Below, piece after piece: positions 1 through 9,306 of a DNA stretch of 64,000 bases (position 1 is its first letter; every line of letters begins with the position of its first letter). The notes below the pieces were generated by a model, which had not been told where the DNA came from, did no database searches, and saw nothing but the letters and a program-made list of their open reading frames with translations. Source of the stretch: an archaeon (GTDB lineage: Archaea; Nanobdellota; Nanobdellia; SCGC-AAA011-G17; GW2011-AR17). Both the position numbers and the translations under genes were made by a program. The stretch lies in assembly GCA_018653605.1 (NCBI GenBank), contig JABHYY010000018.1:29324-93323 (forward strand). The letters run 5' to 3'.

Positions 1-252
1 AAAAAAAGGATATTGAATTTGATCCATTAAAACATCAACAAGTTTGTAAATGTCACTTAAAACAGATTCCCTATCAAAAGTTCTTTGACCTAAATGAAGT
101 GATTGATTTAATCTTACCTGATCTGGCCTGAGAGTTTCGCCACTTTTTGTATATTTTGGATTACCAACTTCAGTATCAACAACCCCAGAGTTTAGAATAT
201 GCCAAAGTCCATCTCTTTCAAATCTTATTTGTTTGTGAACTTTTTTCACCAT
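1..252 (-). CDS. hypothetical protein (5' part of gene; start codon at 252, runs off window)
   Basis: Open frame on minus strand starting ATG (cat 250-252): MVKKVHKQIRFERDGLWHILNSGVVDTEVGNPKY...; no recognisable family. Confidence 0.4.
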   Translation of the reverse strand, partial: MVKKVHKQIRFERDGLWHILNSGVVDTEVGNPKYTKSGETLRPDQVRLNQSLHLGQRTFDRESVLSDIYKLVDVLMDQIQYPFF

Positions 253-331
253 AAAGAGAAACAAACCTCCCAAACTTATAAAGATTTATACAAAAAACTA
301 TATAAACTTCAACACCAAAATAAAACATACA

Positions 332-1609
332 ATGGATATACAAAAAGCACTAGATAAAGGCAAAGGAAAAGTCTCAATCAAAGGATGGGTTTACAGAAAA
401 AGAAAACAATCCAATCAAGTATTTTTAATAATTAGAGATGCCAATAATGTAATTCAGTGTGTAATTGAAAAAGAATCAAAAGCATTTGAAGATGCAACCA
501 AAGTTTTCATAGAATCTTCAATAGAGATTGAAGGGGATATTCAAAAAGAACCAAGAGCACCAAGTGGTTATGAAATAAAAGTAAAAAGTTTAAACATTGT
601 ACATTTAGGAGAACCTTACAAAATAGCAAAAGATTTCTCAGTAGAATTTTTAGCAGACAACAGACATTTGTGGCTAAGATCAAGAAAAATGACTTCAATC
701 ATGAAAATTAGACACACAATTCTAAGTGCTTTCAGAGAACACTACACAAACAAAGGTTATTACGAATTTACAGCACCAGTATTACAACCAACACAATGTG
801 AAGGAGGATCAACCCTATTTGAAGTAAAATATTACAAAGATCAAATGTTCCTTTCACAATCAGCACAGTTATACTCAGAAGCATTCATCATGGGTTTAGA
901 AAAAATGTTTGTTATAGGACCAACATTCAGAGCAGAAAAATCCAAAACATCAAGACACTTGTGTGAATTTTGGATGGCTGAAATGGAAGCAGCATGGATG
1001 GACCTTGATCAAATGCAAGATGACATTGAAGAATTATTAAAACATATAGTAAAGAAAGTATTACAAGATAATAAAGCAGAATTAGAAATTCTAAAAAGAG
1101 ATATTAGCAAACTAGAACCTATTGTAAAAAAGAAATTCAAAAGAATGACTTACACAGAAGTTTTAGATTTCTTAAAAAAGAAAGAAAATATGGAAGTACC
1201 TTGGGGAAAAGATCTTAGAACAGTTGAAGAAGACAACCTAAGTAAAAACTTTGATGTTCCAGTAATAGTTACAAAGTATCCAAAAGAGATCATGGCATTC
1301 TATAAACCAGAAGATCCAAAAGAAAAAAAAGTTGCATTATGCTTGGATGTAATTGCACCTGAAGGCTATGGTGAAATCATTGGAGGATCACAAAGAGACC
1401 TAGATGTTAAAGCAATGACAAAATTTCTAAAAGCAGAAGGTGAAGATCCAAAAAACTATGAATGGTACTTTGATTCAAGAAAATATGGTTCAGTTCCACA
1501 CTCAGGACATGGTATGGGTGTAGAAAGAGTTATTTCATGGATCTGTGGTCTTGATAACATTAAGGATGCAATTCCATTCCCAAGAACAATGGAAAGGTTT
1601 AAACCTTAA
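332..1609 (+). CDS. asnS: asparaginyl-tRNA synthetase (class II aaRS)
   Basis: 425 aa; N-terminal OB anticodon-binding fold, motif 2 FRAEKSKTSRHLCEFWMAEMEAAW (AsnRS-type RHLxEFWM), motif 3 GHGMGVERV. Confidence 0.85.
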   Translation: MDIQKALDKGKGKVSIKGWVYRKRKQSNQVFLIIRDANNVIQCVIEKESKAFEDATKVFIESSIEIEGDIQKEPRAPSGYEIKVKSLNIVHLGEPYKIAKDFSVEFLADNRHLWLRSRKMTSIMKIRHTILSAFREHYTNKGYYEFTAPVLQPTQCEGGSTLFEVKYYKDQMFLSQSAQLYSEAFIMGLEKMFVIGPTFRAEKSKTSRHLCEFWMAEMEAAWMDLDQMQDDIEELLKHIVKKVLQDNKAELEILKRDISKLEPIVKKKFKRMTYTEVLDFLKKKENMEVPWGKDLRTVEEDNLSKNFDVPVIVTKYPKEIMAFYKPEDPKEKKVALCLDVIAPEGYGEIIGGSQRDLDVKAMTKFLKAEGEDPKNYEWYFDSRKYGSVPHSGHGMGVERVISWICGLDNIKDAIPFPRTMERFKP

Positions 1610-1629
1610 TTTTCTTACTTTTTAAAAAA

Positions 1630-2046
1630 TTAAATTGATTCGCCTTTTAACTTTTTCATCATAAAGATGTTTTCAGACTGAAGCTTCTTAATTACCATAG
1701 TATACTTATGCAAATTAGCAAGCATATCATTTAAACCTTCACCAAAAAGTGCAGAATCAACTTCAAAACCAGCAGGGTCAATAATTTCAATTGAAGAAGG
1801 CATATAATCAAAACAAATATCCATCAACTTCTTAGAATTTTCAATATCAAAACTAACATCAGCAAAAGTACTCCACATTTTATTATCTTGTTCTTCACAA
1901 TCAAAAACTTTCAAATCAGTAATAACAGAACCTTTTTCTTCTTTGAATTTAGCTAAAATCTTTCTAAGAGTTTCTTCAACATGCTCTTTAGGAGCACCTA
2001 AAACTTCCAGAGTCATACGAACATTAATTTTTTTCATACCTATCAA
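1630..2046 (-). CDS. hypothetical protein
   Basis: 138 aa clean ORF, no recognisable motif. Confidence 0.45.
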   Translation of the reverse strand: MIGMKKINVRMTLEVLGAPKEHVEETLRKILAKFKEEKGSVITDLKVFDCEEQDNKMWSTFADVSFDIENSKKLMDICFDYMPSSIEIIDPAGFEVDSALFGEGLNDMLANLHKYTMVIKKLQSENIFMMKKLKGESI

Positions 2047-2076
2047 AACTCAAAAGCACTATTTAAGCTTTACTAT

Positions 2077-2304
2077 CTACTTATGCTTTGCTTTAGCAAT
2101 AGCTCTGGTATGCCAACCTAGCATAATGAACACCAATCCAATTGCATAATGAAACAAACCACTATACAGAACACCAGTGCCTAATTGTAAAACTACACCT
2201 TGCACTAAAAAAGCCAAACCAAAGGTCTTCAAAGCTAATATTAAAATACCCCACCAAAACAATCCACAATTCTTACAACCAGCTTTATTTTTTTTCTTAA
2301 CCAA
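2077..2304 (-). CDS. small membrane protein
   Basis: 75 aa, two hydrophobic helices, Lys-rich termini. Confidence 0.35.
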   Translation of the reverse strand: MVKKKNKAGCKNCGLFWWGILILALKTFGLAFLVQGVVLQLGTGVLYSGLFHYAIGLVFIMLGWHTRAIAKAKHK

Positions 2305-2325
2305 AATTAACCACCTCTAAATATA

Positions 2326-2859
2326 TTAGACTTTACTCCTTTTTAAATGTAACCCTAAAACAAAAAACAACAAACCAAAAGCTAAAACATACAAAATAAC
2401 TTGAAAAAATGCATGGACAAAAAAATCCAAAGGAAAAATAGTAATCAATTTAGAATTTGCAGGCAACAACCAGAAATCATTGAAAAACAACACTTCATGA
2501 AATGTTGTAAACAACCAATCAAAACTAAAATATCCAAAAACAGCAATCAAAACAACCAAACCAATGGCACCCAAGCTATAACCAACCAAATCAGAGCTTA
2601 AAATCTCTCTATAGAAACAAAGTAACAAAAGAGACAAAAATACATTCAATAACAACAAATTTCTAACATCCTCCATGTGAATCAATTCAATATCACTATA
2701 CCCTTCATTCAACTCACCAAAAAAGAAAAAAGAAATAACATTCTTAGCCTCAACCCCATCAACACCTTCAGAAACATAAAATCCAGGATCAAAAGCAACA
2801 AAGCTAACACTCACACTCAAAAGAAAAACAAACAATATCAAAGTATACAACCATTTCAT
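2326..2859 (-). CDS. integral membrane protein, unknown function
   Basis: 177 aa, 4-5 predicted TM helices. Confidence 0.5.
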   Translation of the reverse strand: MKWLYTLILFVFLLSVSVSFVAFDPGFYVSEGVDGVEAKNVISFFFFGELNEGYSDIELIHMEDVRNLLLLNVFLSLLLLCFYREILSSDLVGYSLGAIGLVVLIAVFGYFSFDWLFTTFHEVLFFNDFWLLPANSKLITIFPLDFFVHAFFQVILYVLAFGLLFFVLGLHLKRSKV

Positions 2860-2938
2860 AAACTAAAATTAAAATATCATACATTAATACTTTTCTAACC
2901 TAGAAAAACATTTATAGAGTAATACAATCAAAACAAAA

Positions 2939-3292
2939 ATGGAAAAATTAAATCTAAAACAATATCAAGAATTGTGTAAAGGCACAGCACAAAACTTTGA
3001 CTGCCCACATAAAGAGATTATGAGCTGGGGTTTAGGCATCTCAGGTGAAGCAGGTGATGTAGCAGGTTGTATTAAAAAAACAGTTACACACAAAAATGAC
3101 CAAACAAAAGGAATCAGAGAAAACATTGGAGACACTTTATGGTATGCTGCAATGATTTGCAATTTCTATGGTTGGGACTTTGATGAGGTTTTAGCTGAAA
3201 ATATTGCAAAGTTAAAAGCTAGATACAATAGTGGTGGTTTTACACACAAAGAAGCACAAAGAGAAAACACCAGAGTAGACTGGAACGAATAG
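2939..3292 (+). CDS. MazG-like nucleotide pyrophosphohydrolase
   Basis: 117 aa; SWGLGISGEAGDVAG ... DTLWY motif arrangement typical of MazG/dCTPase all-alpha NTP-PPase fold. Confidence 0.65.
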   Translation: MEKLNLKQYQELCKGTAQNFDCPHKEIMSWGLGISGEAGDVAGCIKKTVTHKNDQTKGIRENIGDTLWYAAMICNFYGWDFDEVLAENIAKLKARYNSGGFTHKEAQRENTRVDWNE

Positions 3293-3296
3293 ATTT

Positions 3297-3332
3297 CTGA
3301 AAGATTTCCGGAAAACCTGAAAGATTTCCGGA
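3297..3332. repeat. tandem direct repeat 2 x 16 bp (ctgaaagatttccgga) containing palindrome TTTCCGGAAA
   Basis: Read directly: ctgaaagatttccgga-aaac-ctgaaagatttccgga. Confidence 0.8.
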
Positions 3333-3411
3333 TTTTTCTACATTGTTATTATAAAAAATGCTACCAAATTAGTATTTAGGTCATAGACCTACAAAAAAAG
3401 AGGTGATAAAA

Positions 3412-3582
3412 GTGGAAGAAACAGTAGAAATATCTGAAAGAAAAGCAAAAGATTTGGAAAGACAACCAGTCATTGAAAACTCTTGGTTTCAGAGTACAGA
3501 CAAGAAGTGGTTGGTTCACAAAACTACCATTACAGACATTAAACCAATGGCGTACATGGAGAAAGTATTAGGGGGCAATTAA
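3412..3582 (+). CDS. possible small protein (56 aa, GTG start)
   Basis: aggtga 7 nt upstream of GTG; uninterrupted frame VEETVEISERKAKDLERQPV...; not in supplied ORF track. Confidence 0.25.
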   Translation: MEETVEISERKAKDLERQPVIENSWFQSTDKKWLVHKTTITDIKPMAYMEKVLGGN

Positions 3583-3615
3583 TGCTCCTTATTTTATAAT
3601 AAAAAATAAAAAAAA

Positions 3616-3936
3616 TTAAAATCCTGAATTACTAGGACTTTGAGAAGCACATCCACAACCTGATTCTGCAGGTTTCTGTTCACTTGATTCACAAGATGCT
3701 GAATGTTCTGAGCAACAACCACTCTGTTCTTCAGGTTCTTCATCATCATCTTCTTCTAAATCAGTCAACAATTTCTCAACTGCATTATCATACTCTTCTT
3801 CATTAATGATGCCTTTTTTAACAAGTAAATCAATTAAAGCATCAACTTTTGCATGTGCCTCATACATCAAGTCACCTTCAGCTTCTTGATGATCTTCTTC
3901 GATATTATTTTGAATTTCTTCCATAAGCCGTATCAA
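3616..3936 (-). CDS. acidic protein with C-terminal Cys cluster
   Basis: 106 aa; DEE-rich; C-terminal GCCSEHSASCESS...GCGCAS. Confidence 0.45.
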   Translation of the reverse strand: MIRLMEEIQNNIEEDHQEAEGDLMYEAHAKVDALIDLLVKKGIINEEEYDNAVEKLLTDLEEDDDEEPEEQSGCCSEHSASCESSEQKPAESGCGCASQSPSNSGF

Positions 3937-4038
3937 AAACTTAGCTCTTTAAATAGTTAACTAAAAAAGAGTATAACAAAACAACATTTTTAGATTATAA
4001 TTAAGTATTTAAAGCGAACAGACTAATCTTATCTTAAT

Positions 4039-4764
4039 ATGGAAGAACAACTAGACCCACAAATCAGAGAGAGAGTCTCAGAATTAGTAAATGAATATTC
4101 TAATGAACATGATGACACAGCCAAAAGAATGGTACCAATCCTACTTAAAAAGGGTTTAGATAGTGTTAGTCTTAATATGTTCCCTGAACACATGCAATCT
4201 TCGCTTTTGAATGCAGTTGCTGAAGAACTTGTAAAAAAAGGTAGAACTCAAGAAGCTATTGAAGCATTCCTAAGGGCAAAAAACAAACCAAAACTAATTG
4301 AAATTGGTGATAATTACAAAAACATGAACATGTTCTCACAAGCAATTGAATGCTACAAAGAAGCAGAAGCAAAGAGCAAACTATTAGCAGTAGGTGAAAC
4401 CTGCCTAAGAGATGGTCAAATGACAGATGCAATCAAAGCATTCCAATTAGTTGAAGACACTCAAAAATTACTTTTAGTTGGAGATGAATGTTTAAAAAGG
4501 GAAAAGTTCGAATCTGCAATTGAAGTTTTCAAATTCTTAAGAAATAATGAAAAGTTAAGTCTAGTTGGTAGCTTGTGTGTTAAACATGACCAATTAATTC
4601 TTGCAGCAAAAGCATTTGAGTTAGCAGGCTCTTTAGAAAATTTAAACAAAGTTGGAGACATTTTCTTACAAAAAGAACAATTAAACAATGCTTACGAAGT
4701 TTACAAGATTGCTGGAAACCAAATCATGATACAGTTTTTGAGAGAAAACTTTCAAATGATTTAA
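4039..4764 (+). CDS. helical repeat protein (five ~30-aa repeats, TPR/HEAT-like)
   Basis: Repeats of pattern KLLxVGdxCLkxxxxxxAIxAFxL seen directly in translation. Confidence 0.55.
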   Translation: MEEQLDPQIRERVSELVNEYSNEHDDTAKRMVPILLKKGLDSVSLNMFPEHMQSSLLNAVAEELVKKGRTQEAIEAFLRAKNKPKLIEIGDNYKNMNMFSQAIECYKEAEAKSKLLAVGETCLRDGQMTDAIKAFQLVEDTQKLLLVGDECLKREKFESAIEVFKFLRNNEKLSLVGSLCVKHDQLILAAKAFELAGSLENLNKVGDIFLQKEQLNNAYEVYKIAGNQIMIQFLRENFQMI

Positions 4765-4774
4765 TTTTCTTTTT

Positions 4775-5137
4775 TTAACTTAAACCAACCATTATAACAC
4801 CAAGTAGAATTATTCCTATGCTAGCCCATCTTTGTACACTAATGTGCTCTTTGAAAACAAACTTTGACATCAAAGCCACAAAAAAGTAATTCAAAGCAAC
4901 AAAAGGATAAGCAAAACTAAGTTCTAAATTATTCAAGATTACAATCCAAAGCAAAGTTGTTGCACCATAAGCTAAAAACCCAAAGATCACAAACCAATTA
5001 AGATATATTTTTTTCAAATTGTTAAAAAAATCTTTAAACAAGTTTTCTACTCCAGCCCTAACCATACCTTCTTTCAATGACAGCTGAGCTAACACACCCA
5101 AAATTACAGAAACCAATAATAGTATGATGTATATCAT
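4775..5137 (-). CDS. small 4-TM DMT/SMR-like transporter subunit (ArnE/ArnF-like)
   Basis: 120 aa, 4 TM, overlaps partner by 4 bp (atga); paired small EamA-like subunits. Confidence 0.55.
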   Translation of the reverse strand: MIYIILLLVSVILGVLAQLSLKEGMVRAGVENLFKDFFNNLKKIYLNWFVIFGFLAYGATTLLWIVILNNLELSFAYPFVALNYFFVALMSKFVFKEHISVQRWASIGIILLGVIMVGLS

Positions 5138-5574
5138 GTTCTCGACATAAAATAAACCCCCATAAATATTACACCCAACCCAACCAATCTAAGAGCTGAA
5201 AGGCTTTCATTAAAGAAAAACCAAGACAAAATACTAACAATAACATACCCCAAACTCAAACAAGGATAAGCAAAACTCAAGTTCGATTTGGACAAAACTA
5301 TCAACCAAACAAAAGAACTCAAGAAAAATAAAACCAATCCAGAAAGAACAAAAGGATTAGTAAAAGCTAAGATAAAACTACCCAACAGATTTCCAGCAAA
5401 ATCTAAAGCACCCAAATCTAACAAACCTTTTTTTAGTAAAAGCTGGCCACTATCGACAATAAATACTGATAAAACAATCAAAAGTAAGCTTTTCTTCTTA
5501 TCCATCACCAAATAAGAAGACAAAATGTTTAAAAACTTTACTAACCAGGAATATAATAATGGATTTAAACACAA
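5134..5574 (-). CDS. small 4-TM DMT/SMR-like transporter subunit (ArnE/ArnF-like)
   Basis: 146 aa, 4 TM, translationally coupled to 4775..5137. Confidence 0.55.
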   Translation of the reverse strand: MCLNPLLYSWLVKFLNILSSYLVMDKKKSLLLIVLSVFIVDSGQLLLKKGLLDLGALDFAGNLLGSFILAFTNPFVLSGLVLFFLSSFVWLIVLSKSNLSFAYPCLSLGYVIVSILSWFFFNESLSALRLVGLGVIFMGVYFMSRT

Positions 5575-6410
5575 CCTGTAGGAAGATCAAACAATTGAAA
5601 ATTCAAGGTGCAGAAAATATTGCTACTGCAGCAATTGAAGCACTTCTACAAGTTGCAAACAAGTCAAAAGCAAAAGACAAACTTTCTTTCATTTTAGAGC
5701 TAGAAAAAGCAAAAGCAAAGTTATTTTCAACAAGACCAACAGAACCAGCAATGAGGAATTATTTAGACTATATCACAAACAAAGCAAAAAAAGCAAAACA
5801 TCCACAAACTGAAACAAAAAGATTGATCAAACAAGTTTTAAGAGAAAAAAAACAAGCAAAAAAGGACTTAATTAAATATGGAACAAAACTAGTAAAGAAA
5901 AAACACACAGTTTTCACACACTGCCATTCAAGCACAGTTATAGACATTTTAAAAAAAGTAAAACCAAAAGTGCACAACACAGAAACAAGACCTTTATTCC
6001 AAGGTAGACAAACTGCAAAAGATTTAGCAAAAGCAAGAATCAAAGTTGAACACTACACAGATGCACAAGCAAGACTAGCACTAAAAGAAGCAGACATAAT
6101 GCTTATTGGCGCAGATGCAATCACTTACAACAAAGTTTACAACAAAGTAGGCTCAGAAATGTTAGCAATAATTGCAAAAACAAGAAAAGTGCCAGTTTAT
6201 GTTGCATGCTCTTTATGGAAATTCGACCCACACAAAGAAATTGTTGAAGAAAGGTCGCCAACAGAGGTTTGGAAAGCACCCAAAGGCGTCACTGTGAAAA
6301 ATTATGCTTTCGAAAAAGTAAATTTTAAACTAATTAAAGGAATAATTTGTGAAAAAGGAATTCTAAGACCTAAGAAATTTGTAAAAGTTGCTAGGAAAAT
6401 GATTAACTAA
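5559..6410 (+). CDS. ribose-1,5-bisphosphate isomerase (eIF2B alpha/beta/delta-like, e2b2 family)
   Basis: 283 aa; N-term IQGAENIATAAIEALL and C-terminal Rossmann-like IGADAI...VYVACSLWKFD typical of eIF2B/MtnA/R15Pi family; AMPpase and RuBisCO III in same window. Confidence 0.75.
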   Translation: MDLNTTCRKIKQLKIQGAENIATAAIEALLQVANKSKAKDKLSFILELEKAKAKLFSTRPTEPAMRNYLDYITNKAKKAKHPQTETKRLIKQVLREKKQAKKDLIKYGTKLVKKKHTVFTHCHSSTVIDILKKVKPKVHNTETRPLFQGRQTAKDLAKARIKVEHYTDAQARLALKEADIMLIGADAITYNKVYNKVGSEMLAIIAKTRKVPVYVACSLWKFDPHKEIVEERSPTEVWKAPKGVTVKNYAFEKVNFKLIKGIICEKGILRPKKFVKVARKMIN

Positions 6411-6738
6411 GACCTTCAATATACTTAGGCAAACCAGAATTAGCATAACCTTCAGGAATATTTCCAGGAGTAAAAACCATAATTTTTTTTGCACCAGGAA
6501 CAAACAACCTATCCAAAGTAATATCAACAAAAACACCTGGATCCTTGTGATAAGTTAAATAATGCATTGTAACAGTTCCCTGTTCATCAGCAATATCAAT
6601 TTGAACCTGTACTCCACCAATCTCTTCAAGTAACCTATTATTTGCTGTAATAGGACGATCATAAACAAATTCATTACTTTCCTTATCCAATTCAGCCCTT
6701 ACTCTTCTCGCACCTTGCATTAATTCAGTAACATCCAT
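6403..6738 (-). CDS. hypothetical protein
   Basis: 111 aa, convergent 8-bp overlap with R15Pi stop. Confidence 0.4.
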   Translation of the reverse strand: MDVTELMQGARRVRAELDKESNEFVYDRPITANNRLLEEIGGVQVQIDIADEQGTVTMHYLTYHKDPGVFVDITLDRLFVPGAKKIMVFTPGNIPEGYANSGLPKYIEGLS

Positions 6739-6774
6739 AAAAGAGAATTTTAATTTGTTATTTATAAAACTTCC

Positions 6775-7230
6775 CTAAAACTCTTTCAAAACCTTAATAC
6801 CATACTTACTCAAATAGTTCTCCAAAGGAACAGTAAACAAGTGATGCTTATCCTTAGTATATACATCAGACTCAGTCTTCACAGCAACAGCCAAAAGAAC
6901 AGCATCAGAAGCATCAGCAATCAATTTCAACAATTCATTGTCAACAGACCGAACAAAATCTTTCTCAGACTCAAAATTACCAATATGAACATCAACATCT
7001 ACAACAACAAAATCACCTTTCTTAACAAACTCTCGCAACTTATGTTTAAGCTTATGCAACCTATGCCCAACCTTCAACAACTCTTCAACATTAAAAGAAG
7101 TAATTCCATATTTACCCTCAGGCAACTTTTTATTCCTAGACAACATATCAAAAACAAAGCAAGTATCTAATAACTTCAAACCTCTTACATCCATTCCAAC
7201 ATGTTTCAAAGAATCAAACAGCTCTTTCAT
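6775..7230 (-). CDS. PIN-domain protein (VapC/NOB1-like nuclease fold)
   Basis: 151 aa; KLLDTCFVFD (first Asp), FNVEEL, and LLAVAVKTESDVYTKD acidic positions spaced as in PIN domains. Confidence 0.5.
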   Translation of the reverse strand: MKELFDSLKHVGMDVRGLKLLDTCFVFDMLSRNKKLPEGKYGITSFNVEELLKVGHRLHKLKHKLREFVKKGDFVVVDVDVHIGNFESEKDFVRSVDNELLKLIADASDAVLLAVAVKTESDVYTKDKHHLFTVPLENYLSKYGIKVLKEF

Positions 7231-7303
7231 AACTCTCTAAAACATTCCAAACTTTAAATACATTTCCCAAAATTATATAAACACAAAACACTAGAATTAT
7301 CAT

Positions 7304-7945
7304 ATGGAAATACTTTGCTTTGACATGGATAACACTTTGATCTATGGAACAAGAATGCATTTAGAAGCATTCAAACTTTCTTTTAAAAAAAATAAATTAC
7401 CACAAAAAACAAGAAAAGAAATGCTAAAGTATTTCAGCCTTAATGGTAAAGAATACATTCACAAACTATTCCCAGAACTAACAAAAAAACAAGTAATAAA
7501 AGTTGTTGCAGACCATGACCACTATGTTTTCAAAAAAACTGCAAAATTAGTAAAACCAATTCCAGGTGCAAAAGCAACTCTAAAAAAGCTAAAACCACAC
7601 TACAAAATTGCAATTTTATCAAACTGCAAACATGATATAATCCTTTCAAGCTTAAAACATGCAAAATTTGACAAAAAAATGTTTGATTTAATCATAGGCT
7701 ATGATGAAGTTAAACATGGAAAACCTGCACCAGATGAATTATTCAAAGCAGAAAGATTACTAAAAATAAAAAAAGGCTACATGGTTGGTGACTCTATTTA
7801 CGACATCCAAGCTGCAAACAAAGCAGGACTTAAAGGTATTGCAGTACTCACTGGCCACAATTCAAGAGCTGAAATGAAAAAACAAAAACCTCACAAAATA
7901 TTAAATTCTGTAAAAGATTTACCTAAGTTTCTATCCAAAAAGTAA
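7304..7945 (+). CDS. HAD-superfamily hydrolase (phosphatase)
   Basis: 213 aa; motif I FDMDNTL (DxDxT), motif IV GDSIYDIQAANKAG. Confidence 0.75.
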   Translation: MEILCFDMDNTLIYGTRMHLEAFKLSFKKNKLPQKTRKEMLKYFSLNGKEYIHKLFPELTKKQVIKVVADHDHYVFKKTAKLVKPIPGAKATLKKLKPHYKIAILSNCKHDIILSSLKHAKFDKKMFDLIIGYDEVKHGKPAPDELFKAERLLKIKKGYMVGDSIYDIQAANKAGLKGIAVLTGHNSRAEMKKQKPHKILNSVKDLPKFLSKK

Positions 7946-7963
7946 AATAATTATAAATTTTGC

Positions 7964-8497
7964 CTAAAGCTTTGCTGCAGGTTTATCCCAATCTTCAGGG
8001 TGAGGCCTAACTCTTGCACTTATAAAAAAACTCATCAAGGCCCTATTACCTGAAAAGTCATTATTTGGTTCAAAACCTAATTTCTGATAAAATCTTATAG
8101 CATCAGTATTTTCTTTTGCTATAGCAACGACAACAACATCTACATTCCTTTCAGCTTCCCTAGCAGTTTCTATACAATAATTCATTAAATTAGTACCTGC
8201 ACCATTTCCAGGCTTTCTTGCCATGATCCAAGGGATAGTAGTAGTATTAACAATCGGTGTAACCTTACCTGGAACATCAGCATAACCTTGTACTAAAATT
8301 CCTTCTAAAACATCACCATCAAAACAACCAGAAATCCTACCTTCAGCCATCAAACCTTCAACATGCTCAGCAGTATAAGTCTCTCTAGCACTAGCAATAG
8401 TATCACCAGTATAAATTGGATCAAGACCATCTAAACCAGCTCTAAAAATACTTAAAAAATCATTAACATAATCAGGAGTCAAAGCTTTACAAACCAT
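7964..8497 (-). CDS. GNAT family N-acetyltransferase
   Basis: 177 aa; acetyl-CoA binding region VVVAIA...RFYQKLGFE. Confidence 0.7.
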   Translation of the reverse strand: MVCKALTPDYVNDFLSIFRAGLDGLDPIYTGDTIASARETYTAEHVEGLMAEGRISGCFDGDVLEGILVQGYADVPGKVTPIVNTTTIPWIMARKPGNGAGTNLMNYCIETAREAERNVDVVVVAIAKENTDAIRFYQKLGFEPNNDFSGNRALMSFFISARVRPHPEDWDKPAAKL

Positions 8498-8500
8498 TTT

Positions 8501-8725
8501 CTATCCAAAAAGTAAACCTTTTGGATTCCTTTCTTTCCACTCTGTAAACTTCTCTTTAACATGAGTGATTTCGTTCTGATCAAGGCCTAAACCTTCTTTT
8601 TTCTTAATATTTGTAAAGAATTTACCTTTTCCCATATCTTTTAGAAAAACTCTATGTAGATACAAGTATTCTTCTGGTTTGAATAAAAATGGATTTCTTC
8701 GTGGCATTATATTACTTCCTACCAC
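8501..8725 (-). CDS. hypothetical small protein
   Basis: 74 aa ORF immediately downstream of GNAT gene. Confidence 0.3.
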   Translation of the reverse strand: MVGSNIMPRRNPFLFKPEEYLYLHRVFLKDMGKGKFFTNIKKKEGLGLDQNEITHVKEKFTEWKERNPKGLLFG

Positions 8726-8782
8726 CTCTTTACTATTCTTTAGTAGTTAATCTTATATAAAGGTTTCGGTGCTAGAAAATAA

Positions 8783-9232
8783 TTAATGAAGTTGCTCCCA
8801 AATTCGATCAGACCAAGCAGTATCAGCAATAACTTCTATACCCCTTTTCCCCAAATATTTATGAGGACTTCTACTATTACTCCTACAATTTCTATCAGGT
8901 AAACCATAAACAACAGTAACAATCTCCCTTTCAATAAGCAATTCTGAACAAGAACAAAGTACTTGATTTCTTCCCATCTTAAGGCAAGGTTCTAAAGTTG
9001 TAACCAAAGTTCCACCAATAGTATCCTCTCCAGCATTATCTAAAGCAACTCTTTCAGCATGAATAATCATTGAAGTACCAGGAATAAATTTCTTATACCC
9101 CACCCCAACAATGTTCCCATCAGGAGAAAGAACAAGAGCACCAACTAAAGGTTTTCTAACCCCTTTAGCTTGTTTAGCAAGACCAATACAATGAGCCATA
9201 TATTGTCCTATTTCTTCAGCAGTATAATTCAT
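8783..9232 (-). CDS. CMP/dCMP-type zinc deaminase
   Basis: 149 aa; HAERVAL (H[AC]E) and EPCLKMGRNQVLCS (PCxxC) zinc-binding motifs. Confidence 0.75.
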   Translation of the reverse strand: MNYTAEEIGQYMAHCIGLAKQAKGVRKPLVGALVLSPDGNIVGVGYKKFIPGTSMIIHAERVALDNAGEDTIGGTLVTTLEPCLKMGRNQVLCSCSELLIEREIVTVVYGLPDRNCRSNSRSPHKYLGKRGIEVIADTAWSDRIWEQLH

Positions 9233-9306
9233 AATCCAAGAAATTCCACCCCTTTTTATAAACTTTACTGAAAAATTTATAAACTAAAACACCCTCTACA
9301 TAACAC

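Noticed and set aside
3297-3332. CRISPR array
   Set aside because: Only two 16-bp repeat copies with a 4-bp spacer; the DnaG 15-bp triplet repeat is coding. No CRISPR-like repeat-spacer architecture anywhere in the window.
5768-6043. 91-aa minus ORF inside R15P isomerase gene (also 9600..9953, 10014..10250, 10271..10546 inside rbcL)
   Set aside because: Antisense shadow ORFs with low-complexity Leu/Phe-rich translations typical of AT-rich antisense frames.
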